From NCBI RefSeq assembly GCF_000143415.4, contig NW_003314286.1, forward strand, positions 1,487,718 through 1,551,717: a DNA stretch of 64,000 bases, written 5' to 3'. Origin of the DNA: Selaginella moellendorffii. Taxonomy: Eukaryota > Plantae > Lycopodiophyta. Shown here one piece after another: positions 61,947 through 64,000 of this stretch; the stretch's first letter is position 1; every line of letters starts with the position of its first letter. The translations under genes and the position numbers were made by a program. The notes under the pieces are model-generated. The model was not told the DNA's origin, did not search any database, and saw nothing but the letters and a program-made list of their open reading frames with translations.

Positions 61947-63439
61947 ATGAATGCTGATTTCCTGATCCATCAAGAGTTAGAAACACCAATCCCAATAATG
62001 GTGGAGGAAGAGCTGACCTGGAAAGAGCCCGTCCAAAGAGTGCAAGCACTTGCAGAGAAAGGTCTCAAGGAAGTTCCTCCATCTTATATACGGCCTGTAT
62101 CAGAGCGCCCCTGTCTGGATAAGCAGATCCATCTCGGTGACGATGGTTCAATCCCGGTTATTGATTTCTCTGGCCTGGAAGATCACCGAAGAGAGGATAC
62201 CATGGATCAAATCTCGCGTGCCTGTGAGGAATGGGGGTTCTTCCAGCTGATCAACCACTGTGTTCCTGTACCCGTCATGGACCGCACCGTTGCAGCAGCC
62301 AGAGAGTTCTTTGATCTTCCACTCGAGGAGAAACAGGTATATGCTAACAAGCCTTGGTCGTTGGTAGGCTACGGGAGCCGCATAGGAGTGACGGAGGGAG
62401 CCATCCTCGACTGGGGCGATTACTTTCTCCATTATCTCTGGCCTCTGGACAAGCGAGACGTTGATCAGGAATGGCCTAGAAAACCAGCTTCATACGTGTA
62501 AGTTCTTCACCCTGTTCATGCTTTGGAAGGAAAAACAGAATGACACTTACCAGCATTTGAGTCCAAAGTTGTCCATTTGGTTGCCATCTCTCAGCACCAA
62601 AAATTCAATCATCCTTTCTCGATTTCCAGCTATAAACATCAGGCGCCTCATAGCTTTAGCCGCAAAGATTGCCGGAAATTTCACAAAAAAACTTAGCAAA
62701 ACACTTACTTGGATCTTTCCTTTTGCTGCGCAGGGAGACCCTGGACGAATACACTCACGCGCTCCACAATCTTTGTAGCCGCTTGCTGGAAGCTCTATCC
62801 GAGAGCCTAGGGCTGCGAAAGGATTACATTGGCGAGATCTTTGGATGGCCGGACACAAACCTGGTGCTGCGCATCAACTACTACCCGCCGTGCCCGTCGC
62901 CAGATCTCACGCTTGGCGTCGGCTCTCACTCCGACGGCGGTGTTATCACATTCCTCCTCCACGACAACGTCCCCGGCCTCCAGGTTATCTTAAACCCTAA
63001 ACTTGAGTTTTGGCGCCAAAAGCAGTCTTTTAAAAATTTGGGGGAATTTTTCTCTTCCAGGTTCGCAAGGGAGATCGCTGGCTGCTGCTGGAGCCGATCC
63101 CCAACGCGATCGTGGTGAACATCGCGGACCAATTGCAGGTGTGATCCACGATTCCGAGCGAAATTTTGAGGGATTTCAGCAACATTTTCCTGCCAGATTC
63201 TCAGCAATGGGCGATTCAAGAGCGTGGAGCATCGCGTAGCGGTGAACAAGGACACCGTGCGAATGTCCCTGGCGACGTTTTGCAATCCAGATGTGGACAC
63301 GATCATCGCTCCAGCCGAGGATCTCGTGAACGATGATAATCCCGCGCTCTACAGAGCCATGACCTATGGCGAATTTTTGGAGTCGCTCTGTAGGGATGGA
63401 TTGAAAGGGAAGGACTATGTGGAGTCCTTCCGGAGATGA
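61947..63439 (+). CDS. 2-oxoglutarate/Fe(II) dioxygenase (DOXC class), 4 exons
   Basis: EPVQRVQALAE, IPVIDF, ACEEWGFFQLINH, LDWGDYF, RINYYPPCP, HSD, SVEHR...RMSLA. Start at 61947 or 61998. Confidence 0.92.
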
Positions 63440-63607
63440 GAGTTTTGTGTTGATGCGGGGGTTCGAAACTCTATATCATCATATTTTCATTGCGAACGGA
63501 GGTTCGAATCTCACCCTGGACACTAAGAATCTAATTTTGTTTTGGCTGGATATTCCATTTTATTTTGCTCGAGAGGAGGAAGGAGAAAGGGTTCGCCCGG
63601 AGCGGCG

Positions 63608-64000
63608 ATGGATCCTTTCGAGAGTTTCTTCCGCCAGGCGGATGTGGACGGCGACGGCAGGATCAGCGGGATGGAAGCTATCGCCTTCTTCCGGGGCGCC
63701 GGATTGCCGCAGATCGTCTTGGCCAAGGTATGAATTCGCGCTCGCTTTGTCCCGGATTTAGGTCTTTGGAAATGCCTGCATTCTCCGGACGAGCTGGACG
63801 ATGGTTTTCCCGGGCGGCTGAATCGATTTCTTTGCGCATTCTTGACAGATCTGGCAGCTCGCGGATCAAGCGCAGCGAGGGTTCCTCACAAAGCCAGAGT
63901 TCTTCCACGCGTTGAAGCTCGTCACTGTCGCGCAGTCTGGGAGAGAATTAACTCCGGAGATCTCCAGAGCCGCATTGCTAGGGCCAGCGTCTACGCAAAT
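63608..64000 (+). CDS. EPS15-homology (EH) domain endocytic protein (AtEH/Pan1-like), 5' part
   Basis: MDPFESFFRQADVDGDGRISGMEAIAFFRGAGLPQIVLAK / IWQLADQAQRGFLTKPEFFHALKLVTVAQSGRELTPE; runs off the window end. Confidence 0.9.

Overview
Eukaryotic, land-plant genomic DNA, most likely a Selaginella (lycophyte). This is inferred from the ~50-70 bp GT-AG introns, very dense genes and intronless PLS-class PPR arrays. Order of content: (i) 1-9.8 kb, two damaged copies of a PQQ-repeat (polyvinyl-alcohol-dehydrogenase-like) gene flanking a serine carboxypeptidase and a broken Lon protease; (ii) a HIPP gene and a CYP72-clan P450; (iii) a ~8.7 kb defective DNA transposon (~12.9-21.6 kb) with a spliced IS3/rve-type DDE transposase and a long HECT E3-ligase-like gene, i.e. 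IS3EU-like architecture in a plant, with a young full-length 5S-rRNA-bearing Cassandra TRIM inserted in it; (iv) three PPR genes; (v) an AT-rich island of decayed Ty3/gypsy elements with nested solo LTRs and a 100-N gap (29.3-39.6 kb); (vi) a lipase, two PPR ORFs overlapping by 8 nt, and a PP2C; (vii) two ALG5-like glycosyltransferases interleaved with an inverted CYP704 duplication, then an Ec/type-4 metallothionein, a CYP704B-like P450, an Em/LEA5-like ORF, a 2-oxoglutarate dioxygenase and the start of an EH-domain gene. Gene models were read by eye and no database searches were run, so exon and element boundaries are approximate unless stated as exact.
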